Of a stretch of DNA of 16,465 nt, positions 16,399-16,465 are shown one piece after another. The stretch spans positions 1 to 16,465 of the forward strand of contig CAJWCD010000084.1 in the NCBI GenBank assembly GCA_913020725.1, written 5' to 3'. The stretch comes from an uncultured Pseudomonadota bacterium (GTDB taxonomy: Bacteria; SAR324; NAC60-12). The notes under the pieces were generated by a model. That model was given only the letters and a program-made list of their open reading frames with translations, made no database searches and had not been told where the DNA came from. Positions within the stretch are counted from its first letter, which is position 1. Each line of letters begins with the position of its first letter. The position numbers and the translations under genes were made by a program.

Positions 16399-16465
16399 GA
16401 ATGATGGCCTCAATGGAATGGTTCCTCCTCGAAGTTTCGGCTTCAACGAGCCAGAATGAAGATGA

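Noticed and set aside
16399..16465. Possible terminator (GAAG-TTTCGG-CTTC) or 3' end of a convergent gene (…IFILAR-stop on the - strand)
   Set aside because: The stem is too short, and too little sequence remains at the window edge to judge.
1..16465. CRISPR array, tRNA/rRNA, prophage or anti-phage system
   Set aside because: No regularly spaced repeats, RNA-gene signatures or matching protein motifs were seen.

Overview
This is a GC-rich bacterial accessory/catabolic region. The first ~0.7 kb is insertion-sequence debris: a probable IS5-like 3' end next to an IS630-like 5' stub. A DapA/NAL-superfamily class I aldolase with a non-canonical active site (+) follows, converging on a complete four-gene Dpp/Opp-type ABC importer (-). 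The centre (7.2-9.3 kb) is a decayed patch: a frameshifted, truncated AbrB/MazE-type antitoxin, a class I fumarate hydratase/tartrate dehydratase alpha subunit with a large in-frame internal deletion, an orphan SdhB/FrdB Fe-S subunit, and a lower-GC orphan ORF. The right half is a co-directional cluster (+): crotonase, TRAP transporter dctPQM, Gfo/Idh/MocA oxidoreductase, cysteine-dioxygenase-like cupin and a PhzS-like FAD monooxygenase. This cluster is the best candidate for an uncharacterised uptake-and-degradation pathway, but its substrate cannot be read from sequence. I saw no rRNA, tRNA, CRISPR array, phage or defence system. All family calls come from motif recognition by eye, not database searches.
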